The position numbers and the translations under genes are program-made. The notes under the pieces are model-generated. The model had not been told where the DNA came from and did not search any database. It saw only the letters and a program-made list of their open reading frames with translations. From contig JBHOQS010000022.1 in assembly GCA_042408875.1 (NCBI GenBank), positions 368,424-432,423 of the forward strand: a DNA stretch of 64,000 nucleotides. The letters are read 5' to 3'. This document shows, piece by piece, positions 39,143 to 49,292 of the stretch. Position 1 is the first letter of the stretch. Each line of letters starts with the position of its first letter. Origin of the DNA: Chloroflexota bacterium (lineage in GTDB: Bacteria > Chloroflexota > UBA11872 > JBHOQS01).

Positions 39143-40682
39143 TGCTGAGCAGCGCGAGGGCGCGTGCGAAGGGATGGCGTGCAATCGGTACAGCAGGATC
39201 CTCGAAGGCCAGCGCCGCTGCCAGGGCGCGGCGCGCTGCATCAGGCTGTCCCGTCTTCAGGAAGATGTAGGCCATCTCCTCCAGCCGCCGCCTGTACAGA
39301 TGGCGGCGCTCCTCGGTGAAGTACCGCTCCACCGCCTGCGAGACGAGCTGGTTGATCCGCTCTTCCTGAGCAGTTTCGCTCAGCACCAGCGGGCTCTCTT
39401 CTGCCTGGACGAGCTCAAAGGCGATATCTGTTACCTCATCAGGGAACGGCCAGCTCTGAAACTCCGGCAGCTCCAGAAGGTTGGCCGATTCAGCAAGGAC
39501 GCTCCAGCGGCCGCGTAGCTGCTCGGCGTCGAGGAGATCATAGACGGGAGGGCGGGGAAGCGCCGTGCCGGGCGGAGCGAGCACATCACGCCACCGCAGG
39601 AACTCGGCGTCGGACTCAAGGCGGATCGTGGTTCGACGCGCTTCCGCCTCAGCGATCAGACCACGAGCATACTCCGGCGGGATCTCCACCAGCGGAAAGC
39701 CGTGCGCATCGCGATTGTGCTCCTCGACCTCGCGGAGCGCCCGGCGCGTGGTGGTCGGTACGGCAACGAAGTGCTGCACGCCCTCGCGCTCGTTGAGGAT
39801 CATCCGCGCCAACACAGTGGGCTCCATGCGACGGCGCATCGTCACCCAGAGCAGCCGGCTGCCGGTGCCGTCAATGTTACTCGCCCACGCCTGGAGCACT
39901 TGCTGGGGCGGCGGGACCACCACCGCCGGGCGCTCTGGAGCTGGTGGCTGCACGCCGATCTGCCGCAGCCGGAACAGGGCGCGGCGGGCGGCTCGCTGCA
40001 CCTCGCGGACGGCCGTGCGTTCGGCAACCTCCTCCAAGGCAGCGGCGGCAGCCGGCGTGGCGATCGTCGCCAGGGCCTCGATGGCTGTCATCTGGAGGTG
40101 CGTATCGTCGCTTGCCGCGACGAGGCGGAGGAGCGGCAGGGCGCGCTCGCCTACTTCAGCAGCAAGCTGGCGCAGTGCCTGGAAGGAGACCGGCCGGGCC
40201 ATGAAGCGGAGCTGGCCGATCAGCCCATCGAGCGCCAGCTCAGATGGCTCTGGCTCTGCCAGCACAGCCGCTGCGCGCGCCTTGAAGGCCTCGATCTCCT
40301 CGTCGCGCACGAGCTCGCGCAACAGCGCTTCAGCGACGCGGCGGGTCTCTTCGGGAGCCCGACGATCGGCGGCCAGCCGGCGCAGCGGCTCAATAAAGGC
40401 GGGGTCATCGAGCCGCCGGAGCAGGTCCAGCAGGCCTGCCTCGTCGGCCGCGCTCGCCCGCTCCAGCCGCCGCACCACAGCAGCACGGTACTCCTCGCCC
40501 AGCGTGCGCAGGCGCTGGACGATTTCCGCCAGCGGTTCCTCGGCAGCAGCGGCCGCGCCGCCGCGCGGCGCAAGGGTGAGGTAGTGCTCGATCAGACGGG
40601 CCGCCTCACGCCGCTGGACGAGCCGCCGGTCGATCTGGCCGTGCTCGCCGGCACGGCCGCGTTCAGGTGGTTTCCTGGGCAC
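39069..40682 (-). CDS. HEAT/armadillo-repeat protein of unknown function
   Basis: Repeated helical hairpins rich in Leu/Ala/Arg (HEAT/PBS-lyase-like). 74-nt convergent overlap with the receiver gene. Confidence 0.5.
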   Translation of the reverse strand: MPRKPPERGRAGEHGQIDRRLVQRREAARLIEHYLTLAPRGGAAAAAEEPLAEIVQRLRTLGEEYRAAVVRRLERASAADEAGLLDLLRRLDDPAFIEPLRRLAADRRAPEETRRVAEALLRELVRDEEIEAFKARAAAVLAEPEPSELALDGLIGQLRFMARPVSFQALRQLAAEVGERALPLLRLVAASDDTHLQMTAIEALATIATPAAAAALEEVAERTAVREVQRAARRALFRLRQIGVQPPAPERPAVVVPPPQQVLQAWASNIDGTGSRLLWVTMRRRMEPTVLARMILNEREGVQHFVAVPTTTRRALREVEEHNRDAHGFPLVEIPPEYARGLIAEAEARRTTIRLESDAEFLRWRDVLAPPGTALPRPPVYDLLDAEQLRGRWSVLAESANLLELPEFQSWPFPDEVTDIAFELVQAEESPLVLSETAQEERINQLVSQAVERYFTEERRHLYRRRLEEMAYIFLKTGQPDAARRALAAALAFEDPAVPIARHPFARALALLSITQARANLPRRTPSGLILPGRGAV

Positions 40683-40760
40683 AGGTCTGCTCTCTACGCC
40701 TCTCTAAATTCTACCCTGTCGCGCACCGGCCGCTGACGCTGGGCACCCCGAGCGCTCCAG

Positions 40761-41087
40761 CTATTGCAGGGGGGAGAAGCTCGTCGGCCGCAGGATCATG
40801 TTCGTGACGTGGTGCACGAGCGGGCCGTCACGCTCGCTCTCCGCACGCTGCTGCTGCCACTCGGGATCGGCGCTGAAGGCGGCCCAGGCGCGCTCACGCG
40901 CGTTCAGGTCCTCGTACTGGCAGATATAGATCAACTGGTGATTGCTCTCGCCTACCACAGTGGTCCAGTAGCCGATGACCTTGATCCCGTGCTCCGCAAA
41001 CTTGCGGCAGGTGATGGTGGTGAAGCGCTCAAGCAGCGCCGGCAGCTTGCCGGGCATCGCATGATAGATCCGTAGCTCGTAGATCAT
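40761..41087 (-). CDS. NIPSNAP-family protein
   Basis: MIYELRIYHAMPGK... dimeric alpha+beta barrel signature. Confidence 0.6.
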   Translation of the reverse strand: MIYELRIYHAMPGKLPALLERFTTITCRKFAEHGIKVIGYWTTVVGESNHQLIYICQYEDLNARERAWAAFSADPEWQQQRAESERDGPLVHHVTNMILRPTSFSPLQ

Positions 41088-41156
41088 CTGCCTGTGCTCC
41101 CTGCATACCTGCATACCATAGGGTTCGGCGGACCAGCGGACCAGCGGGCCTCGTGC

Positions 41157-42362
41157 TCACCAGCGTACCCGCCGCGGCTCCCAGTCCGGGAGGAAACGAC
41201 GCATGGCCTCGACATCGTTGCGCGCCTCGGACGGACGGCTTGCGGCGATCTCGGCGTAGTAGCGCAGCCGGTCCTCGTCGAGGGTGACGCCAAGCCCGGG
41301 GCCAGCAGGCACTTCCAGGCAGCCGTTCTTGAAAGTGAAGCGCTCCTGCACGATGTCGTAGCGTTCCTGCCACGGATAGTGGGTATCGCTGGCGAAGGTA
41401 AGCTGCGGCGTGGTTGCCGCAGCATGGATCATCGCGGCCATGCTGATGCCGAGGTGCGTGTTCGAGTGCTGGCTCATACCTAGGCCAAAGGTCTCACAAT
41501 AGTGCCCCAGCGTCTGCATTGCCCGCAGGCCACCCCAGCCGTGATGGTCGCCTAGGATGACGCGCACGGCCCCGAGCCGGATAGCGGAGGGCAGGTGCGC
41601 GAACTCGGTCACGCACATATTCGTGGCCAGCGGCAGGCGCGTGCGCTTCTGCACCTCTGCCATGGCCTCCTGCCCGGCCACGGGGTCCTCGTAGTACTCG
41701 ATCTCCAGCTCCTCCAGCGCTGGAATCCACGTGATCGCCGTCTCCAGTGACCACGACGCGTTCGGGTCAATGCGCAGCTTGTAGGTCGGGCCGAAATATT
41801 CTCGCATCAGCCGGAGCGTGCGGACCTCTTCTTCCGGGGGCAGGACTCCGCCTTTCAGCTTGAGCACCGTGAAGCCGTAGCGTTCGACGAAGCGTTGTGC
41901 CTCGCCAAGCATAGCCTCGGGCGTGAGCACCTCGCCCCAGTCGTCCTCCTGGCCCTCGTAGCGCTCGAACTTGTAGAACAGGTAAGCCGAGAAGGGGACG
42001 GGGTTCCGCACCACGCCGCCGAGCAGGTCAGCCACGGAGCGCTTGAGCGCCTTGCCCTGGATATCCAGGCAGGGCACCTCGAAGGCGCCGTAATCCCGGG
42101 CGCGGGCACCCGGCACGGCCATGAGGCGCTGGCGGAGTACCTCCAGATGGAAGGGATCGAGGCCAATGACGATCTCGCGCAGGCTATCCAGCCGGCGCTT
42201 AAGCGCCATTCCGCCCGGCATCTCACCGAGGCCGACGATACCCTCGTTGGTGTAAACTTGTATGACATTGCGCAAGGCATACGGCTCATGCACGCCGTTG
42301 CAATTGCGTAACGGCGGATCGGGCACAGCGATGACGGTAACCTTCACGTCAGTGATCTTCAT
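41157..42362 (-). CDS. Glucarate dehydratase-like enolase-superfamily enzyme
   Basis: N-terminus KITDVKVTVIAVPDPPLRNCNGVHEPYALRNVIQVYTNEGIVGLGE parallels GudD. MR barrel follows. Confidence 0.75.
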   Translation of the reverse strand: MKITDVKVTVIAVPDPPLRNCNGVHEPYALRNVIQVYTNEGIVGLGEMPGGMALKRRLDSLREIVIGLDPFHLEVLRQRLMAVPGARARDYGAFEVPCLDIQGKALKRSVADLLGGVVRNPVPFSAYLFYKFERYEGQEDDWGEVLTPEAMLGEAQRFVERYGFTVLKLKGGVLPPEEEVRTLRLMREYFGPTYKLRIDPNASWSLETAITWIPALEELEIEYYEDPVAGQEAMAEVQKRTRLPLATNMCVTEFAHLPSAIRLGAVRVILGDHHGWGGLRAMQTLGHYCETFGLGMSQHSNTHLGISMAAMIHAAATTPQLTFASDTHYPWQERYDIVQERFTFKNGCLEVPAGPGLGVTLDEDRLRYYAEIAASRPSEARNDVEAMRRFLPDWEPRRVRW

Positions 42363-42625
42363 CCCCCAGTTCCCGACACAGAGATCTTGGCTGGTGATGC
42401 GTGGCAGCGGCGGCCAGGCGCGCCACCCTGTACGGTGGCGGCCACAGTGTACACGAAGCCGGGAAGACGCGCCAACCAGCCTCCGGCAGGCGGCAGGCCC
42501 CAGAGCGCTGCGCCAGGTGGCGATACTTGACTTTCTTACTCATCATAGTTTACTATCAGAGGGAATACTTGAGTTCGTCGCGCGATGAAATCAATAAACT
42601 GCGTGGCAGGGGGAGGACTGCTGGC

Positions 42626-44491
42626 ATGATGAGCAATCGCGAGAGCGGGGTCACGATCTGGCTGACCGGGCTCTCTGGCGCGGGCAAGAGCACGCTGGCG
42701 AGCCGGCTGGAGGCCGAGCTGCGCCGTCGCGGCCGCTTCGCCGAGGTACTCGACGGAGATGTGGTGCGCACGCACCTGTCGAAGGGCCTGGGCTTCTCGA
42801 AAGAGGACCGCGATACGAACATCCGGCGCATTGCCTTCGTGGCGCACCTGCTGACCCGCAACGGAGCCACGGTGATCGTGGCGGCCATCTCACCGTACCG
42901 TGACGTGCGTGAGGAAGCGCGGCGGATGATCGGACGCTTCGTCGAGGTCTACGTCAAGTGTCCTTTAGAGGAGCTCATACGCCGCGATGTGAAGGGCTTG
43001 TACGCCAGGGCTCTGCGGGGGGAGATCCCCAATTTCACCGGCGTCTCCGATCCGTACGAAGAACCGCTGGCGCCGGAGGTCGTCGTGGAGACCGATCGCG
43101 AGACGGTAGACGAGAGCGTGGCAAAGATCGTCGCTGCACTGGAGCGGCTAGGCTACCTGACGCCAGTCCCGGCCGTGGGGATGGGCGACGGCAGGGCGGC
43201 CGGACTGGATGGCGGCAACGACGCCGTCCACGAGCCGGCCACGGGATCGTCTGTGGCGAGCGCTGGCGCACTGGCAGTGGGAAGCAGCGGCAATGGCGCC
43301 GCTGCACCTGCCGGCTGGGGACGGCCGAACGGCTCGCCGCCCCCGCACGGCGGCCGGCTGGTGCAGCGCCTGCTCACCGGCGATGAGGCCCGCGAGGCGC
43401 GGGTCGAGGCCAGCCGCCTCCCGCAGGTGCGCATCGGCATGCGCGAGGCCTGCGACCTCGAGCTGATCGCTAACGGCGGATTCAGCCCCCTCGAGGGCTT
43501 CATGGGCCGCGCCGACTACCTGAGCGTGATCGAGCACGCCCGGCTGGCCAATGGGCTGGTGTGGACGGTGCCGGTCGTGCTGGGTGTCTCGGCCGAGGAG
43601 GCCGAGCGCCTCGCCCTGGGCCAGCGCATCGCCCTGGTGGACGACCAGGGGCCGCTAGCGGTGCTTGAGCTGCTCGAGAAGTTCGCTGCGGAGCCCGAGC
43701 GGGAGGCGCGCCTAGTGTACAAGACCACCGAGGAGGCCCATCCGGGCGTGCGGGCAGTCTACCAGCGCGGCCCGGTGCTGCTAGGCGGCCCGATCACCCT
43801 GCTGCGGCGCCCGGCGCGGCTGGCCTTCGATGGCTATCTGCTCGATCCGGCCGACACCCGGCGCATCTTCGCCGAGCGCGGCTGGCGCACTATCGTGGGC
43901 TTCCAGACACGGAACCCCGTGCATCGCGCCCACGAGTATCTCCAGAAGGTCGCGCTCGAGATCGTCGACGGCCTGCTCCTGCATCCCCTCGTTGGCGCCA
44001 CCAAGGACGACGATATCCCGGCGGAGGTGCGTCTGCGCTGCTACCAGGTGTTGCTGGAGCACTACTATCCGCGCGAGCGCGTGCTGCTGAGCGTGCTGCC
44101 GGCGGCCATGCGCTACGCTGGCCCGCGGGAGGCGATCTTTCACGCCCTGATCCGCAAGAACTACGGCTGCACGCACTTCATCGTCGGCCGCGACCACGCC
44201 GGCGTGGGCAACTACTACGGCACCTACGAGGCGCAGGAGTATTTCGACCAGTTCGCCCCTGAAGAGCTGGGGATCATCCCGCTCAAGTTCGAGCACACCT
44301 TCTACTGCCGTGCCTGCGCCAGCATGGCATCGCCGCGGACCTGCCCGCATCCCGCGGACCAGCACGTGATTCTCTCCGGCACGCAGGTCCGCCAGATGCT
44401 CGCCCGCGGGGAACTGCCGCCACCGGAGTTCACTCGCCCTGAGGTGGCCCGCGTGCTGATCGAGGCGGCACGACAATCTGTGCCAGCGTAG
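42626..44491 (+). CDS. Bifunctional APS kinase (N-terminal CysC) / ATP sulfurylase (C-terminal Sat), a PAPSS-like domain order
   Basis: N-terminus: P-loop [14 protein letters not shown] and DGDVVR motif. Then a ~70 aa Gly/Ala/Ser linker, then sulfurylase with QTRN and GRDHAG motifs. ATG at 42626 preceded by GGGGGAGGA. Confidence 0.85.
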   Translation: MMSNRESGVTIWLTGLSGAGKSTLASRLEAELRRRGRFAEVLDGDVVRTHLSKGLGFSKEDRDTNIRRIAFVAHLLTRNGATVIVAAISPYRDVREEARRMIGRFVEVYVKCPLEELIRRDVKGLYARALRGEIPNFTGVSDPYEEPLAPEVVVETDRETVDESVAKIVAALERLGYLTPVPAVGMGDGRAAGLDGGNDAVHEPATGSSVASAGALAVGSSGNGAAAPAGWGRPNGSPPPHGGRLVQRLLTGDEAREARVEASRLPQVRIGMREACDLELIANGGFSPLEGFMGRADYLSVIEHARLANGLVWTVPVVLGVSAEEAERLALGQRIALVDDQGPLAVLELLEKFAAEPEREARLVYKTTEEAHPGVRAVYQRGPVLLGGPITLLRRPARLAFDGYLLDPADTRRIFAERGWRTIVGFQTRNPVHRAHEYLQKVALEIVDGLLLHPLVGATKDDDIPAEVRLRCYQVLLEHYYPRERVLLSVLPAAMRYAGPREAIFHALIRKNYGCTHFIVGRDHAGVGNYYGTYEAQEYFDQFAPEELGIIPLKFEHTFYCRACASMASPRTCPHPADQHVILSGTQVRQMLARGELPPPEFTRPEVARVLIEAARQSVPA

Positions 44492-44565
44492 TGCGCGGGC
44501 CCGTCCTGATGAGCCCCGGCCGCTTGACGCAGGGCTTATCAGGACGGGCTGAAAGGAGGCATCCC

Positions 44566-46287
44566 ATGACTGAGATACTCCAGCGTCCGCTCCCGCCACG
44601 GCCTGGCCTGCGTGAAGAGCCGACCTGGGATCTGGTGGTCAAGCGCAATTACGTCGAGCGCCTAAAGCGCGAGAAGTTCCCGCTGAATGTGCGCAACGAC
44701 CTGCCGGAGCTGATCGAGCAGGGGTACGAGAACATCTCCGAAGAGGACATCGTGCGCCTGCAATGGTGGGGGCTCTACCACGACAAACCGAAGGTCGGCA
44801 CGTTCATGATGCGCATCAAGATCCCTAACGGGATCCTCTCCCCGCAGAAGCTACGCACCATCGGTGAGATCAGCAACCGCTACGGCCGCGGCTACGGGGA
44901 GCTCTCCACCCGCCAGAACGTGCAGCTCCACTGGATCGAGCTGGCGCATCTGCCCGACATCTTCGCTACACTCGAGCGCAACGGCCTGACCACTGCCGGG
45001 GGCTGCGGCGACACGGTGCGCAACATCACCGGCTGTCCGGTGAGCGGCATCGATCGCGAGGAACTGTTCGATGCCTGGCAGGTGGCGCTCGAGGCGGCGA
45101 AGTTCTTCTACGGCAATCCGGAATACTCCGACCTGCCGCGCAAGCATAAAATCACGATCGCTGCCTGCCCCTATCAGTGCAATCTTCCCGAGATGCACTG
45201 CATTGCCCTCATCGGTGTGAAGAACACCTCCGGCGGGCGCGAGCGTCTCGGCTTTGCCGTGCGCGTCGGCGGCGGACTCTCCACTGCCCCGCGCATCTCG
45301 CAGGACATGGGCGTCTTCGTGGAGCTCTACGATGCCATCCCGGTGCTGCGAGCCATCCTAGACGTATGGAAGTCTGACCTGCGCTACCGTGTCTCCCGCG
45401 TCAAGGCGCGGCTGAAATTCATGGTGGACGACTACGGCGCAGCCGGAGTGCGCCAGCGGGTCGAGGAGCGGCTGGGACGCCGCCTAGAGGACTTCACTGC
45501 GCCGCCGCCGATCGGCTATACCACGCACCTGGGCGTGCACCCGCAGAAGCAGGAGGGCTTGAATTACATCGGCTTCCCGGTCCACCTGGGCCTGATGACC
45601 GGCGACCAGATGCTCCGCCTGGCCGATCTCATCGAGCGGTATCCCACCGGCGAGATGCGCCTGACGCGGCAGCAGAACTTCATCTTGAGCGGCATCCCGG
45701 TCGAGGAGACCCAGCGGGTGATCGACGAGGTGGCAGAGATTGGTTTCCCGCTCGATGTGAACCGCCTGCGCGGCGAGTCCGAGGGGTGCACCGGCGACCC
45801 GCACTGCAACTACTCGGTCACCGAGACCAAGGCCAAGTTGGGCGTCATCATCGAGCATCTCGAGAAGACCTTCGGCCGGCAGGTCGAGGGCCTGCGGCTC
45901 CATCTGGATGGCTGTCCGCACTCCTGCTGCCATCACTGGCTGGGTGACATCGGCATCCAGGGCACGACGGCTCGCGAGCGCGGCGAGGGCGGCGAGAAGC
46001 TGCAAGCCTATGATATCTACCTGCGCGGCGGCGTCGGTCTGGAGGCGGCCATCGGCACGCCGCTCCTCCGGCGGGTGCCCTCCGAGCAGGTGCATCTCTT
46101 CGTCGAGCGGCTGGTGCGTGCCTGGTTGAGCGAGCGGCGGGACGGCGAGACCTTCAAGGGGTGGGCAGACCGCAAGAGCGATGAAGAGCTGGTGTACATC
46201 GCCAGTGCCGGCACTATGCAGGTACCGCGCCGGGTGATCGGCGAGCGCCGCGGCGCCGCTGCCGCGGCCGCCCAGGAGGACGAATGA
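44566..46287 (+). CDS. sir: Ferredoxin-dependent sulfite (nitrite/sulfite) reductase hemoprotein
   Basis: Duplicated NIR/SIR ferredoxin-like and siroheme domains. Cys cluster CTGDPHC ... CPHSC. ATG at 44566 preceded by AAAGGAGG. Confidence 0.8.
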   Translation: MTEILQRPLPPRPGLREEPTWDLVVKRNYVERLKREKFPLNVRNDLPELIEQGYENISEEDIVRLQWWGLYHDKPKVGTFMMRIKIPNGILSPQKLRTIGEISNRYGRGYGELSTRQNVQLHWIELAHLPDIFATLERNGLTTAGGCGDTVRNITGCPVSGIDREELFDAWQVALEAAKFFYGNPEYSDLPRKHKITIAACPYQCNLPEMHCIALIGVKNTSGGRERLGFAVRVGGGLSTAPRISQDMGVFVELYDAIPVLRAILDVWKSDLRYRVSRVKARLKFMVDDYGAAGVRQRVEERLGRRLEDFTAPPPIGYTTHLGVHPQKQEGLNYIGFPVHLGLMTGDQMLRLADLIERYPTGEMRLTRQQNFILSGIPVEETQRVIDEVAEIGFPLDVNRLRGESEGCTGDPHCNYSVTETKAKLGVIIEHLEKTFGRQVEGLRLHLDGCPHSCCHHWLGDIGIQGTTARERGEGGEKLQAYDIYLRGGVGLEAAIGTPLLRRVPSEQVHLFVERLVRAWLSERRDGETFKGWADRKSDEELVYIASAGTMQVPRRVIGERRGAAAAAAQEDE

Positions 46288-46292
46288 GGCAG

Positions 46293-46448
46293 GGGGAGCG
46301 GGGGTAAGAGGTTCCCCGCTCCCACCACGTAGGAGAAGAAGCCGGGATGAGGGTGTCTCCTCGTCTCTCCCCGCTCCACAGGCGGAGCGGGGCCAGGGGT
46401 GAGGTTCCTCCCTCCCGCACAGCGGGAGCGGAGCCGGGGGTAAGGGCA
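46293..46448. repeat. Cluster of 3-4 REP-like GC hairpins built from a GGAGCGGGG / CCCCGCTCC core
   Basis: Hairpin 1: gggagcgggg-N10-ccccgctccc (46294-46323). Hairpin 2: ccccgctcc-acaggc-ggagcgggg (46369-46392). Hairpin 3: ctcccgc-aca-gcgggag (46412-46428). A partial copy ggagccgggggtaaggg follows. Confidence 0.6.
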
Positions 46449-46484
46449 CTTGAGCACCTGTAACATGATCCTGAGGGGGAGGCT

Positions 46485-47339
46485 ATGGCGGTAGAGATTC
46501 ATGAGCGCGAGCTTGAGCGTGAGCGCATCATCCTGGACGACTACGAGGCCGGCGAGCTAGCCATCGAATACGACGATAAAGAGCCGCAAGAAGTGATCGC
46601 CTGGGCGCTGGAGACGTTTGGGAAGTACGTGGCCGTCTGCACCAGCTTCCAGGCCGACGGGATGGCGATCCTCGACATGGCCTGGCGCATCGACCCAAAG
46701 GTGCGGGTGTTCACCATCGACACTGGCCGGCTGCCGCAGGAGACCTACGACATCATGGAAGAGGTACGGCAGCGCTACGGCATCGAGATCGAGGTGTACC
46801 TGCCCGACCAGCGTGAGGTCGAAGCGATGGTGCGCCGGCATGGCCCGAACCTCTTCTACCGTGCGGTGCCGCTCCGCCTGCTCTGCTGCGACATTCGCAA
46901 GGTGCGCCCGCTCCGTCGCGCCCTCGACGGCCTGGATGCCTGGATCACCGGCCTGCGCCGCGACCAGTGGGCCTCACGGGCAAATATCCGCAAGATCGAG
47001 CTCGACCACGATCACGGCGGCATCGTCAAGGTGAACCCGCTGGCCGACTGGACCGAGGAAGAGGTGTGGGACTACATCCGCGCCTATGATGTACCGGTGC
47101 ACAAGCTGTATGAGAAGGGCTACAAGAGCATCGGCTGCGCCCCGTGCACGCGTCCGGTGGCCGAGGGCGAGCCAGCCCGTGCCGGGCGGTGGTGGTGGGA
47201 GCTGAACGCTCCCAAGGAGTGCGGCATCCACTGCGCCATCGAGACGGGCGGCTTCGAGCACGAGCTTGAAGCGCTGCTGAAAGAGGCCCACGGTGACCAG
47301 CCGGGCCTGGACGGCGCGGCGTACCGGAATCGACGATGA
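46485..47339 (+). CDS. cysH: Phosphoadenylyl-/adenylyl-sulfate reductase (thioredoxin-dependent), CysH
   Basis: PAPS_reduct fold. C-terminal Cys pairs (CC...C..C and KECGIH) indicate the Fe-S-containing type. Confidence 0.85.
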   Translation: MAVEIHERELERERIILDDYEAGELAIEYDDKEPQEVIAWALETFGKYVAVCTSFQADGMAILDMAWRIDPKVRVFTIDTGRLPQETYDIMEEVRQRYGIEIEVYLPDQREVEAMVRRHGPNLFYRAVPLRLLCCDIRKVRPLRRALDGLDAWITGLRRDQWASRANIRKIELDHDHGGIVKVNPLADWTEEEVWDYIRAYDVPVHKLYEKGYKSIGCAPCTRPVAEGEPARAGRWWWELNAPKECGIHCAIETGGFEHELEALLKEAHGDQPGLDGAAYRNRR

Positions 47340-47800
47340 GTGAGAGCCTCACGCTCGACGAGGTACAACGGGATGTGCTGGCGCACGAGATCGATGTGCT
47401 CGTGCGCCGGCTCCCTGACGAGGCGGCCCGCGCGCCGTATCTGCGCCTGCGCGCGGCCGTCGAGGCCGGCGAGGTGCCCGCGGACCTCTTCGGGTACCTG
47501 GAGAACCTGATTGAGCTGGCGCTTCAGACTGGCCGGGCGCGGCGCTTTCACCGCGCCGAGGGCGAGCAGGCGCTGATCCAGCTCTTCCAGCGTACGCCGC
47601 AGGGCCGCGCCGCCGCGGCGCAGGTGCAGACCCTCAACGCCGCGCTCGCCGCGCTCAAGGGCCAGGTGATCGACTCGGTGCGGGTCAGCGCCAGCGCGCC
47701 CGGCAGCTACAGCATCACTCTCGACACCGACCGCTGCATTCTCACGATTAAGGTCGATCGCACTGGCGCGCGTGTCGAGAGCATGGCCGTGGGCGTCTAG
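47336..47800 (+). CDS. Hypothetical protein translationally coupled to cysH
   Basis: ATGA overlap with cysH. Protein-like composition. No recognisable motif. Confidence 0.45.
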   Translation: MSESLTLDEVQRDVLAHEIDVLVRRLPDEAARAPYLRLRAAVEAGEVPADLFGYLENLIELALQTGRARRFHRAEGEQALIQLFQRTPQGRAAAAQVQTLNAALAALKGQVIDSVRVSASAPGSYSITLDTDRCILTIKVDRTGARVESMAVGV

Positions 47801-47920
47801 AGCTGTGGACGTCTAAAGGAAAGCCAGGGTGAAACCGCAGACGCCAGACACGGAACCAGGGAGATCCCATCCTGGCTTAGGTATAGTAGGTAGTATAGCA
47901 TAGATAGCATAGACAGACGT

Positions 47921-48691
47921 CTAGATATTCGAACGCCCCTGCCCGCCGTCCACAGGGATGCAGGCGCCGTTCACCAGGCTGGCGCGCTCGGAGGCCAGGA
48001 ACACGACCACGCTGGCTACCTCCTCGGGCCGTCCGAAGCGGCCATAGGGCATCTCCTGCTGGACGAACCGCGCCATCCCCTCGGGGTCGGCCTGCATGCG
48101 CCGCTCCCAGCCGCCCCCGGGGAACAGGATCGAGCCGGGCGCCACCGTGTTCACCCGAATGCCCTGGCTGCCCAGCTCGCGGGCCATCGCCTTGGTCAGG
48201 CTGATCTGGGCAGCTTTCGCCGCGTTGTAGACCATGCGGCCGCCCGACTCGCGACCGTAGATAGATGAAATCATGATGATCGCCCCGCTGCCCTGCCGCT
48301 GCATAACGGGGACAACTGCCCGGCTCATCCGGACGGACGAAAGCAGGTTGAGCTCCAGACCCTGTTGCCACTCGACGTCCGAGGTCTCAGCGATGCCTGC
48401 TCCTGTGGAGCCGCCCACGTTGTTCACCAGCACATCGATGCGGCCGTAGCGCTCCAGCGCGGCCTGCACTACGTGCTCGACCTGGTCAGGCTGCGTCACG
48501 TCGGCCGCCACGGCCAGCACCTCTGCCCCGCGCTGGCGGAGCGCTGCGGCGGCCTCTTCCAGCGCCTGCCGGCCGCGAGCACAGATGCACAGCCGGCAGC
48601 CCTCCTCGACAAACGCCTCGGCGATAGCCCGGCCGATGCCACGGCTCGCTCCGGTGACCAGCACAACTTTTCCGCGCAGTCCAAGCTCCAC
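47921..48691 (-). CDS. SDR-family oxidoreductase
   Basis: TGASRGIGRAIA glycine motif, NNVG, and YxxxK catalytic motif. Confidence 0.8.
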   Translation of the reverse strand: MELGLRGKVVLVTGASRGIGRAIAEAFVEEGCRLCICARGRQALEEAAAALRQRGAEVLAVAADVTQPDQVEHVVQAALERYGRIDVLVNNVGGSTGAGIAETSDVEWQQGLELNLLSSVRMSRAVVPVMQRQGSGAIIMISSIYGRESGGRMVYNAAKAAQISLTKAMARELGSQGIRVNTVAPGSILFPGGGWERRMQADPEGMARFVQQEMPYGRFGRPEEVASVVVFLASERASLVNGACIPVDGGQGRSNI

Positions 48692-49292
48692 GAACGCCTC
48701 CTCCTGGGTACGCTGCTACTCGGGGCTGGCCGCTGCTACGCCCGGCCTATCGCACAAGCTCGCACTCCACGGGCCTCTCTGTCACATAGATCTGAGCCAA
48801 GATATCCCCTCGATGATCTCAATAGCCGCACCTATCGCCTGACGGCCGGGCGTCATCTGCATAGGTCCAGGAGCCTTGTGGTGGGCCGGGCACACCGGCG
48901 GCCGGCTGCATCACCGGGAGAACGTCTGCGGCAACTGCTATGGCTTTCTCTCTGGTGACTGGCTGTGACACGATAGAGACCCAGCGATTGTCTATGCACA
49001 CTCAAACAGGCTCTGCGTAATCATACCAGGAACGCTGTCAGCGGGCTTACCGATCAAGTGGCGAGGACCAGCCCGCAGCTGCTTGCGGCCAGCCCTTCGA
49101 TCAACTCCTGTTGTCCGCTAGCTGGCTAATTCGTTCCCAGAATCCGTTAATAGCGTGAATAGCGTGCTCCCCAATGCACTCCTGAATCCGCTGGCCGCTT
49201 TCTTCTGGTCATCCAGGGCGCTATTATTCATGTAGTATCGGCGAGGCCGCGGTGTTCACAAGGTAGCGCTGTTTACCAAGGTAAGGAGAGGC

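Noticed and set aside
39565-40736. Two plus-strand ORFs (339 and 344 aa)
   Set aside because: Antisense to the HEAT-repeat gene.
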